A stretch of 64,000 nt of DNA, taken from assembly GCA_048270185.1 (NCBI GenBank), contig JBLWTJ010000001.1, forward strand, positions 352,001 to 416,000. The letters are read 5' to 3'. The stretch is from Bacteriovoracaceae bacterium (GTDB lineage: Bacteria > Bdellovibrionota > Bacteriovoracia > Bacteriovoracales > Bacteriovoracaceae). Under the pieces are notes generated by a model, which saw only the letters and a program-made list of their open reading frames with translations, was not told the DNA's origin and searched no databases. Position 1 is the stretch's first letter, and each line of letters begins with the position of its first letter. This document shows positions 9,493 to 19,898 of this stretch, piece by piece. Position numbers and translations under genes: made by a program.

Positions 9493-11080
9493 CTTCTGGA
9501 TTAATAATACCACCACTTTCACATGGAAGTTTTCCACTTGAAGGTATATAAGCTGTATCCATTATAATCTTTTTTAACTCCATTGGAGTAAGTTTAGGAT
9601 TTATTGCATGGGCCTTTAGAATGACATTTGTTACAAAAGGTGCGGCCATTGAAGTTCCATTTAGTGCGATCTCACCACCACCAGATTGTGCAGCAAGGAC
9701 ACCAGTACCAGGTGCAAAGATTTGAACTTTCTTCTTCCCATATTTAGAAAAGCTAGCAGGTCTATAAGTATCATACTTTCCTTCTTCTAGTGTTGCCGTA
9801 TTAAGCGCACCTACTTTAATCATATTCTCATAAGTATAGCTTGCCGGAAAATTATCATTTCCCTTTTGGTCTAAATCAAGATCACCACGGGCATTCCCCG
9901 CAGCAACGATAAAAAGTGTATCGGGATTATCAGTAAATACTTTTTCTAAGAAATGAAAAGAATCTCTAGGTGCCGACATTGGTGCACCAGGAAAGCCTAT
10001 AGCAAAACTCATATTGACAAATTTTACTTTCTTATTTGAAATGTACTCACCTGCTTTTTGCAGATGATCGGAAATAGCAACATCACCAGCAAAGCCAACA
10101 AGTCCATAATTATCAAGGTCACGAAGGGCAAGTGAGGCAACATGTGTTCCATGTGATACTGGATACGGTGTGTGAACAAGAGAATGTGTTTCACGGATAT
10201 TGCGATCATCACGAAGAAGACTTAAGCCTGCATCATCTTGTCTTTGCCAACCCCAAGAGTCATCAACTCGTCCATTACCATCGTTATCAATACCATCATT
10301 AGGATTATCGTATGGAGAATTATAGAGCTTATGCGTAAGCTCTGGGTGCATAATATCGAAACCAGTATCAATAATGACAACTGGTTCGCGATCTTTATTA
10401 TTAAAGACGGCCAAACGTCTTTTGTATTCATTTTGAGATAAATTGAATTTTTTTAATTGTGAAGCCACATCAAAATCACCATTCTCATGATACTCACCAA
10501 TTTTTAGACCTTCAAGAGTATAGGCCTTAAACTCAGTCACAAGATTTGCCATTGGTGCATCAAGATTATATTTTACTTCATAGTATTTTAAGATTTTTCC
10601 ATCGTTACTAAGAACATCAATTCGATAAGGCTTATACTCATCTTCTCGATAGTGACGTATCCCTTGTTGTTTTAGAGAAGATTGAGAAATGACCCAATCT
10701 TTTAAAATGATGGGATCATCAAAGTCACCAGCTAATTCTTGCTTGGCCTCAAGTTTTCCTGCAAGCTCACCATTAGTTCTAAATTGTTCTTTGATGAAAT
10801 GACCGTTATCTAAATACTGATATGTCGCATGAAAGGTATGAATACCATCAACGCTCCAAGAGTCTTCGATAATAATTCGGCCTTGAGAGTCAAAGCGATC
10901 TGAACCAGTAAGCGCACCTGTCTTTATATAGTATTCCTTGGCCGCAAAAAGATTAGCATCACGACATTCATAATGTGTTCGCCAACTCCCACTTGTTTCA
11001 ATAAGTTGGTCAGGACATTTTGCAGCAAGAGAAAGGAAAGGCACAAGTGCCATAAGAAGTATTTTAGGTGCTTTATTCAT
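9461..11080 (-). CDS. Secreted S8 subtilisin-like serine protease with N-terminal beta-repeat extension
   Basis: Catalytic triad motifs IIDTG, HGTHV, GTSMA; AAGN; DGIDNDGNGRVDD loop; signal peptide. Confidence 0.92.
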   Translation of the reverse strand: MNKAPKILLMALVPFLSLAAKCPDQLIETSGSWRTHYECRDANLFAAKEYYIKTGALTGSDRFDSQGRIIIEDSWSVDGIHTFHATYQYLDNGHFIKEQFRTNGELAGKLEAKQELAGDFDDPIILKDWVISQSSLKQQGIRHYREDEYKPYRIDVLSNDGKILKYYEVKYNLDAPMANLVTEFKAYTLEGLKIGEYHENGDFDVASQLKKFNLSQNEYKRRLAVFNNKDREPVVIIDTGFDIMHPELTHKLYNSPYDNPNDGIDNDGNGRVDDSWGWQRQDDAGLSLLRDDRNIRETHSLVHTPYPVSHGTHVASLALRDLDNYGLVGFAGDVAISDHLQKAGEYISNKKVKFVNMSFAIGFPGAPMSAPRDSFHFLEKVFTDNPDTLFIVAAGNARGDLDLDQKGNDNFPASYTYENMIKVGALNTATLEEGKYDTYRPASFSKYGKKKVQIFAPGTGVLAAQSGGGEIALNGTSMAAPFVTNVILKAHAINPKLTPMELKKIIMDTAYIPSSGKLPCESGGIINPEAIYQAVEALK

Positions 11081-11154
11081 GGAAGAAATATAGCATTTTA
11101 CATAATTTGATAGGGCCTAATTGAAAGCATTACAAGCAGTGATCAATAATTAGA

Positions 11155-14100
11155 CTAGCCTTTTATATCGTTTAACTCTCTGATTTTACTTTCATATTCT
11201 TCAAGAAGCTCACTTGAACCTGTCTGTTCAAATTGTTTGGCAAGCTTTTCCATTGAGTATTTAATAAGATTTTTCTTATCATAAACAGATGCCGTTGAGC
11301 GGGCAACAAGAACAGGCCCAAGAATCGCTCTCACATCATCGGCAAGACGTGGATCGCGAATTGATTTAATTTCGTGATTTCTTATATCTGAAATGAAATT
11401 AATCGTTTGCTCATCAACTTCAGAGTTTTCGATATCAAATAGAGCACGTTTAAGTGCATTTCTTATTTTTTCAATATTCTTAGCGTCTTTGTAATGTGTT
11501 TCTAATTGTGCAATTTCGAAATTAAGTTCATCAACTGCCCCTTTGATTGTAGGGCCATCAAAATTTATTGGAGGTTTTGGGCGATACTCTGGCATATGAT
11601 TAATAATCTTCATGGTATCACTTGCAAGTCTCTTAATTTTTTTACGACTCTTTCCACCGCCAAAAGTTGCAGTATAGCTAATACAAAATGCAGGGTCTTT
11701 AAAATCATTATTTGCACCGAAAGAAAGTGATAGTCTTGAGTTATCACTTATTTTCTTACTGTATGCAAAAGATGCACCTAGGCGTCCAGGACTTCTCCCT
11801 CCATTATAGTAAGCGGCATCTGATCTTAATGCCTCTTGGTCAATTGCATATGAAGTGGTATCAACAGAGAGCCCTCCGTAGAAACTATCACCATCTGCAT
11901 AATCCTTCTTTAAGTAGAGATTCACAGTCCCAGGAATACGTCCATTCTTTGCCATATCAACACCAAAAACTTTTAATACACCTCGGCCATTTGTTTGATA
12001 ACTGTATTCAGAGTCGCCTGAAAGCATGAGACCCACTGACGTACGATCACCCTTATCGCTCTCATAGAAAAGACCTGCACCAAAAGTCTTTGCTTTATCA
12101 CGACTTCCCCCAAGTCCTAGATGATAACCTGGATCAAAGAAGTCCTGATCTTGATACATCATTTCAATACCAACTCCAGCAAGATTTGGAGTACGAGCGA
12201 TAATCATTCCACCATTACTAATATCAAGCCATGATGTAATCTCATTGGCAGAAACAACACTTGAGATGATTTCAAGGTGGTTCATATAATTTTGACCTTT
12301 TGGTGTTACCATTAATTCAGCAACAGCATCATCACCTTCTTTCTTTGATTCAAGAGTGAATGGAAAGAGTTTTACTTTTACTTTATCACCTTCAATAAAC
12401 TCGGCCCTTACAAAATATGTTCCATTTTCTTTATCTTGCTGAAATGAAAAAGATAATTTCTTACCACCATTCTCAGAACCCTTGGCCTCAAATGAAATAG
12501 CATCTTTTAGAAAACTTGGACCGGCCTTGAATTCGACGTTATCGATTCGCCCTTTATTTCCATTTGGCCCGTCAACGGTACCAATTTCAAAATAGTGACT
12601 GACTGTTTTTCCATCATTACTGACTCGTGACTGAGAACCTGCCACCATATTCTTCCCTTTTAAGGCAAAGCTTGCTTCAGCGGCAACTGGAGACTTTGTT
12701 TTATCTATATTGACGCGTCCACGTAGGTCGGCATTTAGAATGATATTTGATCCACTGTCTTTATCTTGCAGAAACTCTAAGACACCCACATTGATATTTG
12801 CCTTAATACCATTAGTTGGATCTTCTGCTTTAATGACAGATTTATCAACAAGTAGGTACGTTTGATCTTTACTTTGGATCGCGACAATTTTATCAGCATT
12901 GATACTTGCACTGATCTGACTATTTAGATCCTGAATATTTACATTATTTAAATCATCAACTTGGATACTCTTAAGGTTTTGACTATCAATAAGACTAATA
13001 TTACCAGCTTGCCCTGATGCCTTCACCATACTGTCGTAGTTGATGGCCACTACGTCGAGATCCTTACCTTGAAATAACGTTGTCGTCTCACCTTTTGTAT
13101 TGGTAATTTGAGCAAGATCGGCCTTCGAGAAGGCCAGCGATGCATCGTTGCTCTTATCGATATAATTAATTTTTCCATCTGCTGCTGAGACTAATTTATA
13201 CTTACCATCAAGGGACTCGATTGAAGAGATTGATGCAATATTGAAATTTGCAAGAGCATTGCTTTCAGGATTAAAGCCTGTGACTTGCCCATCGATATTT
13301 TTCGCAAGCACACTTCTAAAGTCTTCATTTTGAAAGTAATTCACAGAATCAAGTAACACATTAGCATGGACATTATTTTTGTCTTTACCGTCTAGTTCAA
13401 CTCGACTTCCATCTTTGGCGTATATATTATAATTCTTATTAATTCCATCATCATAAATTTGAATTGAATACTGCCCTTCATTGCCATTTGCATCTTTTGC
13501 GGTAATATTGACGACAAAATCATCATTAGTAACACTTGTCTTTCCAAGATCTCCTTGAGCAATCGTGACACCTGTATCAGAGTTGTTATAGACGCTTATA
13601 TTAGAGTCACCTAAATCAAATTTTGTTCCACTACTATGAGTTGCACTTATATTTCCACCAGTAATTTGGGCCGCACTGGTAGCGCCTTGACTAGCAAAGT
13701 TTAAATTTGAAAAATTCCCATTGGCATTTATGTCAGAATTAACATAGTTGATATGACCATTAGAGACACTCGCAGCACTGGTATTTCCATTTTTTATATA
13801 AAGCGCATTTTCAGCGCTAATATTGGCAACTTCACCAGTACCAATTGACGTTAATTTCAACCTACCATCACTTAATTCAAAGTATTTATATTTGCCATCG
13901 ATCGATTCAACGCCCTCAATTCTTGCGACGTTAAACTCCGCAAGCTCTCCAGAGTCGCCTTTTACCTCACTCAATTCACCATTTACATTTGATGCCAGAA
14001 AAGATTTAAAATTATCATTTTGGAAATACTCAATAGATTCAAACAGGGCCTTTGCGTGGCGGTTATCTTTGTCCGAACCACTAAGTTCAACTCGACTGCC

Positions 14101-16269
14101 ATCTTCAGCAAAGACTTTATAACTTTGATTAACACCATCATCAAAAAAGAAAATTTTAAATTTCCCCTCAACACCATTCTCATCTTTTGCGATTATATTA
14201 ACACTGTAATTAACTTCTTGCGCTTGAATCTTTCCTAGTTCGGCCTGTGCACTTGTTACACCTTCTTTCTTATCATTATAAAAAACAACATTTGCACTTT
14301 CGATTTGAAAATTCTTATTTCCTTGTTGCGCTTTAATTGTTTTTGCATCAACTTCACCATATTTAATACTTCCGGCATCAACAACGCTTGTATTAATACT
14401 ATCATTACTTAAGTCAAGGCCATTTCCACTATACTTAATACCATTTGAAGAATGATCAAAGCGATAGATACTCCCTTCTTCATTTGTGCCAAGAAATTGT
14501 TTTGATGTTGTCGAACTCTCAACCTGAGCATGGTGTCCACTTCCTGAAATACTAGCTTTATTAATTGCTATTTCTTGATAAAGAACTTTTCCATTTTTGT
14601 CGGTTTCATTAACTGCACCAAAACCTTCATTAATATCTACTTTGTAGTCACCTGTTTTAATACTGCCTTTTTGACCTGAAGCAGTTGAGATCTGACCACC
14701 ATCGTAGAATTTCATATTTCGGATGACGACACCACCATCAACACTTGCTTCGCTATCTGAGTTCTTAATTGTTGCATTATTTCCTATGGCAATTGTATCT
14801 TCTTTAATCGAGCGGCCATTAAACTTTTCGGCACTGGCCTCATCCTTAGAAGACGTATGCATAGCTGCAATATCATTTAACTCTAACTCAACCTCTCCAT
14901 TGCTAAAATAAGCATGGGATGACATTGCTTGATATTTTGCACTCTTATCATCTTCTTGCATTGCAAGTCTTAAATCATTAGCACTAATTTTTTGACCACC
15001 ACTTGTCGTTGCCGAAACATTATCAGCGCGAAGTAAGGCATTGCCTTCTTTCTTACTCTTATCATAAACTCCAACAGCATAGAGACCTGTAAGACTCGTT
15101 GTGTTTGTCTTACCATCTTTTGAAGTCGATTTAACTTCAAGAGATTCACTTCCAACTTCAAAGTTCACAGCTCCATATGGGTCAACTTTATTATTTTCTT
15201 TATCAACAACAACGCCCTGTGAAACATTCAAAAATGTTTGACCAGTTGAAGAAATTTCTGTTGTCTGGTTAGGGTCTCTCTTATCAATGATTGATACTTG
15301 AGATTTCTTTCCATTATTATCAACAGGAGCAATTGCTAGAGAAAGGCTAGCTCGACTTTCATCAAGACTAAAGTTCGCTCCCATAGCAGACGTTGTATCC
15401 ACAATAAGACTATTATCACTATAAGGATCAGAATTATAAGTAATACCACTCGTTGTCGCTGCTCCAATATTAAGATTCATTTGCTCGTCATTCTTGAAAG
15501 TTATATGTGAAGCGACGCCACCATCTTTAACTGCAAATTTCACACGTGAATCATTAGGATCGCTAGGATTTGTTACAGTATGAGTTAGTTTTGAAGTACC
15601 AAGTGTGATGGCAACATTCTTACTATCATTAAAACTCTTTGGTATATCTGGGCCGAATTTAGTCTTGTTGTTGCTTTCTTTTCCAATAGAAACTTGAAAT
15701 GTTGTATCCCCTGCATCAGTTTCAGCAGTCGTAAAATTAGTTTCAGAATCTTTAGAAGTGATTTTTAGATCTGATGCCTGTCCTGTCGCAATATTTAGAT
15801 TCTTCCCTTGTGTATAATCAAAAGTTAGTTTTTCAGAAGAAACAATCTTTCCACCAACCATCGTAACGAATGGTTCAATTGTACAAGTTCCCTTCTTCTT
15901 ATTTTTTACCTCACAAGTAACATTGCTCGATCCATCAATCTGCTCAGGTGTAAGTTGGAAATTATAACTTCCATCTTCATTTTCAATAATTGAGTACTCA
16001 CCACTACCTGGTATAGTAATTGTGTTCTTGTCATCTTCTTGCGAGTAGCTAATATCAATTAAGTCGTATCCACCCTCATCGTTTTTGACAGGAACTTGAA
16101 TTGTTACATCTTCATTTGATTTGTTCTTATCTTCTTTTTTAGCTTTTTCAATAATGACTTCTTTCTTCTCATCACTTAAATCTGGAATAACAAAAATGGC
16201 CACGGAAGACTTGGATTGGGCCATGACAAATGAATGCAATAAAAGTATTGAAATTAGGATCTTCCTCAC
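11155..16269 (-). CDS. Very large (1704 aa) secreted beta-rich hypothetical protein with an internal duplication
   Basis: Signal peptide; S/N/D/G/K-rich strands; ~135-aa duplicated segment; amphipathic C-terminal strands, then a helical tail. Confidence 0.7.
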   Translation of the reverse strand: MRKILISILLLHSFVMAQSKSSVAIFVIPDLSDEKKEVIIEKAKKEDKNKSNEDVTIQVPVKNDEGGYDLIDISYSQEDDKNTITIPGSGEYSIIENEDGSYNFQLTPEQIDGSSNVTCEVKNKKKGTCTIEPFVTMVGGKIVSSEKLTFDYTQGKNLNIATGQASDLKITSKDSETNFTTAETDAGDTTFQVSIGKESNNKTKFGPDIPKSFNDSKNVAITLGTSKLTHTVTNPSDPNDSRVKFAVKDGGVASHITFKNDEQMNLNIGAATTSGITYNSDPYSDNSLIVDTTSAMGANFSLDESRASLSLAIAPVDNNGKKSQVSIIDKRDPNQTTEISSTGQTFLNVSQGVVVDKENNKVDPYGAVNFEVGSESLEVKSTSKDGKTNTTSLTGLYAVGVYDKSKKEGNALLRADNVSATTSGGQKISANDLRLAMQEDDKSAKYQAMSSHAYFSNGEVELELNDIAAMHTSSKDEASAEKFNGRSIKEDTIAIGNNATIKNSDSEASVDGGVVIRNMKFYDGGQISTASGQKGSIKTGDYKVDINEGFGAVNETDKNGKVLYQEIAINKASISGSGHHAQVESSTTSKQFLGTNEEGSIYRFDHSSNGIKYSGNGLDLSNDSINTSVVDAGSIKYGEVDAKTIKAQQGNKNFQIESANVVFYNDKKEGVTSAQAELGKIQAQEVNYSVNIIAKDENGVEGKFKIFFFDDGVNQSYKVFAEDGSRVELSGSDKDNRHAKALFESIEYFQNDNFKSFLASNVNGELSEVKGDSGELAEFNVARIEGVESIDGKYKYFELSDGRLKLTSIGTGEVANISAENALYIKNGNTSAASVSNGHINYVNSDINANGNFSNLNFASQGATSAAQITGGNISATHSSGTKFDLGDSNISVYNNSDTGVTIAQGDLGKTSVTNDDFVVNITAKDANGNEGQYSIQIYDDGINKNYNIYAKDGSRVELDGKDKNNVHANVLLDSVNYFQNEDFRSVLAKNIDGQVTGFNPESNALANFNIASISSIESLDGKYKLVSAADGKINYIDKSNDASLAFSKADLAQITNTKGETTTLFQGKDLDVVAINYDSMVKASGQAGNISLIDSQNLKSIQVDDLNNVNIQDLNSQISASINADKIVAIQSKDQTYLLVDKSVIKAEDPTNGIKANINVGVLEFLQDKDSGSNIILNADLRGRVNIDKTKSPVAAEASFALKGKNMVAGSQSRVSNDGKTVSHYFEIGTVDGPNGNKGRIDNVEFKAGPSFLKDAISFEAKGSENGGKKLSFSFQQDKENGTYFVRAEFIEGDKVKVKLFPFTLESKKEGDDAVAELMVTPKGQNYMNHLEIISSVVSANEITSWLDISNGGMIIARTPNLAGVGIEMMYQDQDFFDPGYHLGLGGSRDKAKTFGAGLFYESDKGDRTSVGLMLSGDSEYSYQTNGRGVLKVFGVDMAKNGRIPGTVNLYLKKDYADGDSFYGGLSVDTTSYAIDQEALRSDAAYYNGGRSPGRLGASFAYSKKISDNSRLSLSFGANNDFKDPAFCISYTATFGGGKSRKKIKRLASDTMKIINHMPEYRPKPPINFDGPTIKGAVDELNFEIAQLETHYKDAKNIEKIRNALKRALFDIENSEVDEQTINFISDIRNHEIKSIRDPRLADDVRAILGPVLVARSTASVYDKKNLIKYSMEKLAKQFEQTGSSELLEEYESKIRELNDIKG

Positions 16270-16275
16270 AATTAT

Positions 16276-16303
16276 TTATCGGAATGAGTAAGCCTAATCT
16301 TGA
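16276..16303 (-). promoter_or_regulatory. Sigma28-type promoter
   Basis: TCAA-N16-TCCGATAA, 6 nt before GTG 16269. Confidence 0.65.
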
Positions 16304-16332
16304 GTATTTAAGTCGGTGTATTGATTAAAAAG

Positions 16333-17238
16333 TTATCGAGGGCCACATTTGAGAAAGATATTGCGAATGACGTGAATATTTTGACGAGCATAATTAGCTA
16401 AGTGTTTAAGATTATATTTAACCTGCTTCTTACGAGCACTGGCCTTTGTATTATCAGAGGGTGCATTAGTCCAATTGAAAATAAGGCCATGCTGGCGATT
16501 CAGATTCTTACTAGTAATATAGCTGCCACCGTAAACGAATTCAGGTCGATCACCTCCGCCGTAAGATCTAAGACCTCTAAGGTAATTTTTAACCTTTGCT
16601 ATGACCTCAGTCTTTGTTCCCTCGAAGCGATACCCATCTCTAAATTCATCACCATATGAAGTTACAGTAAAAACAATTTTAGCGTCCTTAGGAAGATCTT
16701 GATAGATATAGTCGATATTGGCCAAGAGCTTAGAGATGTTCTTACCCTGACTCTGGGTTGTATCCACGGCCAGGCCTAGGCCATAAATATTTAAAAGATC
16801 TGGCCTAGTACGGTTAACATCGGCACGCATTTGTTTAATTAGATCGTCGATATTACAGCCACGAGAGCTCTTCATAGAATAATCTTTAGCACCAGAGGCA
16901 GGAAAGCCTGGAACACGCCAAGTATCAAGTTGAACAGTACCTATTTTCATGATCTCTTCAACATTCTTACTTAAAGCATCAGCAACATCTGAAGAACTAG
17001 GATTTGCTCCGCAGGATTGAATGGCCATTTCTTGGAGTTTATCGACCTTGATTGTAATCTTTGACTTTACATTGAATTGACGTAAGTAATTTTGAATTTC
17101 AGCTGTTGAACTTGTCGCCTGCAGGCCTTTCTTTTTAAGACAATTATCAAGATCTTCAATACTTCTAATTGAGTTCTGGCATGAGTTTGCTTTTGACGTA
17201 ATTGAAAATAGAATCGACAGTAGAATGAATGCCTTCAT
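16333..17238 (-). CDS. Secreted VWA-domain protein
   Basis: MIDAS-like DTTQS; SYGD; GGGDRPE. Signal peptide begins at ATG 17238 (MKAFILL). Confidence 0.7.
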   Translation of the reverse strand: MKAFILLSILFSITSKANSCQNSIRSIEDLDNCLKKKGLQATSSTAEIQNYLRQFNVKSKITIKVDKLQEMAIQSCGANPSSSDVADALSKNVEEIMKIGTVQLDTWRVPGFPASGAKDYSMKSSRGCNIDDLIKQMRADVNRTRPDLLNIYGLGLAVDTTQSQGKNISKLLANIDYIYQDLPKDAKIVFTVTSYGDEFRDGYRFEGTKTEVIAKVKNYLRGLRSYGGGDRPEFVYGGSYITSKNLNRQHGLIFNWTNAPSDNTKASARKKQVKYNLKHLANYARQNIHVIRNIFLKCGPR

Positions 17239-17347
17239 ATGAACAATCATAACACAAATATGTCCACAATCGGCCAATCGTTTTAAAGACCGACTTCTTC
17301 CTCATTGTTTATATTGGTCAGTATGAATGAAATCGGTTTAGAAGAAG

Positions 17348-17623
17348 TCACCCAATGAGAAACTCCTTGTAATTCGAATTAGCAGGCTCTTCAATTAATC
17401 TCAAGTTTTCAACTATGGCCGTTTCTGGACCTACTTTTAAAAACTCTTCGAGATTAGTAATATCTTCTAACTCTCCACTAGCAAGAACTTCTACTGTTCC
17501 GTCTTTCATATTCTTTACGTAACCAGTTAATCTTGGCAAGTGCTTATGGACGTACTCGAAAGTACTCTTGCGAAACCATACACCTTGAACGACGCCCTCG
17601 ACGCGATATCTTCGATTTATCAT
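17348..17623 (-). CDS. acyP: Acylphosphatase
   Basis: GVVQGVWFR and GYVKNMKDGTVE motifs. Confidence 0.93.
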   Translation of the reverse strand: MINRRYRVEGVVQGVWFRKSTFEYVHKHLPRLTGYVKNMKDGTVEVLASGELEDITNLEEFLKVGPETAIVENLRLIEEPANSNYKEFLIG

Positions 17624-17683
17624 GGATCTATTTTAACATGAGCTGAATATTTTCAGTGGGTAAATTTATGTTAAAATGTGCTC

Positions 17684-18412
17684 ATGTGTTTTTCAATTGA
17701 GGCCCAATCTAATTTAAAGAAATTGTCTAAAGACTTAGGTATCGGTCTTAATAAGACTGCCTATGAAAGTTTTAAAATGATGCAAGAGCTTGAATCATCT
17801 ATCGAACAGGATCAAATTAAGAAAATTTTAGGACTCAAGAGAAAACCACAATCCGATATCTTTCGTACGCCAGAAAATGATGGAAGAGTTTTTCCCAACT
17901 ACTTTACCAACGTCGTAAGCCTTCATAATGGGGTAAAAGAGTTTGGTCCGATGAGATACCGAGTTCGCCCAGCTCATTCAAGTGAAGAGATTCCTACAAA
18001 GTTTAATGTCTTTAACGCACGCTTGGACTCGCTAGAAAAAAGGCAAACCTGGGCGCCATTGTTTATGCGCAAGCATGGAGTGATCCCATTTAATGCATTC
18101 TATGAGTGGGTTATTAAAGATGGAAAAAAAAGTCTCATTAAGTTTGCACCAACTTCCTCTGACACCATGTGGGCACCTTGTCTCTGGGATGAATGGAAGA
18201 GTAACGATGGGCTCATAAGCTTTAAATCCTTTGCAATTATAACAACCGATCCACCAAAAGAAATCGAAGTCATGGGACACGACCGCTGCCCTATTTTTAT
18301 ACAAGATCAATTTATTGATAGTTGGCTTAATCCAAAAGACTTAAATCCAGAAGATGCTTATGAGATTCTAACCCATCCAAAGAACGAAAAGTATCGATAC
18401 GAATGGGCCTAA
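17684..18412 (+). CDS. SOS response-associated peptidase (SRAP/YedK/HMCES family)
   Basis: N-terminal MC (catalytic Cys2, which fixes the start at 17684); FNAR, FYEW, SFAIIT and HDRCP motifs. Confidence 0.9.
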   Translation: MCFSIEAQSNLKKLSKDLGIGLNKTAYESFKMMQELESSIEQDQIKKILGLKRKPQSDIFRTPENDGRVFPNYFTNVVSLHNGVKEFGPMRYRVRPAHSSEEIPTKFNVFNARLDSLEKRQTWAPLFMRKHGVIPFNAFYEWVIKDGKKSLIKFAPTSSDTMWAPCLWDEWKSNDGLISFKSFAIITTDPPKEIEVMGHDRCPIFIQDQFIDSWLNPKDLNPEDAYEILTHPKNEKYRYEWA

Positions 18413-18428
18413 AAGAATAAAGTTGAAA

Positions 18429-18905
18429 TTACGAAATCGAGATAACTTCGTACTCACGAGTGATATCACCAGTCTCAACTTCAAAGAAGTCTCCGACTTC
18501 CATTCCTAGAGCTTCATTACCGATTGGTGAGAAAACAGAAATCACTAAAAGTGGTTTTCCATCGAGGTTTAGCATAGTACCACCGGCCGTTGGCGTAATG
18601 AAGTAATGTCTAACCTGATTATTAAATTTTAATTCGACTAACGAGCCGAGTGCAATCTTGTCACCTTTTGGTAACTCTTCAGAGAGCTCTTTAATCATAT
18701 TCACATCAATTTCTAATTCATCAACACGCTTTTTTTGAGCTCCAGCAAGATAGCCTGCTTCAATAGCACGCGTATCATACTTACCTTCCTGGGCCATATC
18801 TTTTTCCCCAGTCATTGTACGAGTTGTTTCAAAAGCTTGCTTGGCCTTTTCAAGGTCTGATTCTAGGTTAGCAATAAGTGTTTGTGCAATTTTTAATTTA
18901 TCCAT
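18429..18905 (-). CDS. GreA/GreB-family domain protein
   Basis: Coiled coil with KYDTRAIEAGYLA; C-terminal ISVFSPIGNEALG. Start may instead be 18914. Confidence 0.8.
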   Translation of the reverse strand: MDKLKIAQTLIANLESDLEKAKQAFETTRTMTGEKDMAQEGKYDTRAIEAGYLAGAQKKRVDELEIDVNMIKELSEELPKGDKIALGSLVELKFNNQVRHYFITPTAGGTMLNLDGKPLLVISVFSPIGNEALGMEVGDFFEVETGDITREYEVISIS

Positions 18906-18999
18906 GAGATCCATAATATCGGATATTTGGCCGATCCAAAAGAGTGTATAATTTTCATCTAGACTATATCAAAAAAGCGCTTTGGTCTATAAAGACGGC

Positions 19000-19815
19000 A
19001 TGAAGTTTCTCATTGCAATTCTAACTCTATTTAGTGCTCTTGCTCACACACATGTGACTAAGTCTCAAAATAGTCAAAACTACCAGATTCTACCTCACGA
19101 AAATCTTGGATCAGAAGTAAATGAGAAAAGCTTTAATTTTATTGCAAAGGAAGCCTACCGCTTATATTTGACTGAAGCCGCTCGTCAAAAGCGTCCAATG
19201 ATTATTAAAACTCTCGACTGGCAGACATCCTACTTCAGTGCCTGGGCCAACCACGACGCGAAGACAGGTCTGTATGAAATTAACTTCTGGGGTGGTTTTG
19301 CAAGACTACCAGATATGACAAAGAGGGCCTTTATCTTTACGGCCTGTCATGAATTAGGACACCTACTTGGTGGTACACCACGAATTACAATAAAAGGCAT
19401 GACTCAAATGAGTACCGAAGGACAATCGGATCTCTTTGCGGCAGCAAGTTGTTACAAGACTTTTATCTTAAACAATCCTGACTACGTTGAAGCACCGACG
19501 CAGCTTAATCCTCATGCGGCGGCCATGTGTTTTGAGAAGTTTAGAGATGATGATTTTAATCAAAACCTTTGTATGGATACCATGCAAGCGGCCCGTGACT
19601 TTACGATAGCTATTAACTACGTCAATCGTAATGAGGATCGACCTCACTTTGATACGCCAGATCCAAGAGTCGTAGAAAGGACCCTTGATAGTTACCCAAG
19701 CCTTCAATGCCGTATGGATATCGCAATGAATGGTGCTTTGATGACATATATGGGCACGATTATCTCAATAAAAGACCTAGAGGATAGAAAGCCTTGCTGG
19801 TTTAAGGCCGAGTAA
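19000..19815 (+). CDS. Secreted zinc metallopeptidase (M48-like)
   Basis: Signal peptide from MKFL; CHELGH and EGQSD motifs. Confidence 0.75.
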   Translation: MKFLIAILTLFSALAHTHVTKSQNSQNYQILPHENLGSEVNEKSFNFIAKEAYRLYLTEAARQKRPMIIKTLDWQTSYFSAWANHDAKTGLYEINFWGGFARLPDMTKRAFIFTACHELGHLLGGTPRITIKGMTQMSTEGQSDLFAAASCYKTFILNNPDYVEAPTQLNPHAAAMCFEKFRDDDFNQNLCMDTMQAARDFTIAINYVNRNEDRPHFDTPDPRVVERTLDSYPSLQCRMDIAMNGALMTYMGTIISIKDLEDRKPCWFKAE

Positions 19816-19898
19816 TTTTGACGCTTTAGCAAGAATAATGGTCTAGAGAAAAAGTTAACCTACCTACATATAATCTTAACTTCTGCTATAATTTTAAT

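Noticed and set aside
17650..17677. TTATGTTAAAA resembling the XerD arm of dif
   Set aside because: No XerC arm; it is the extended -10 box of the SRAP gene
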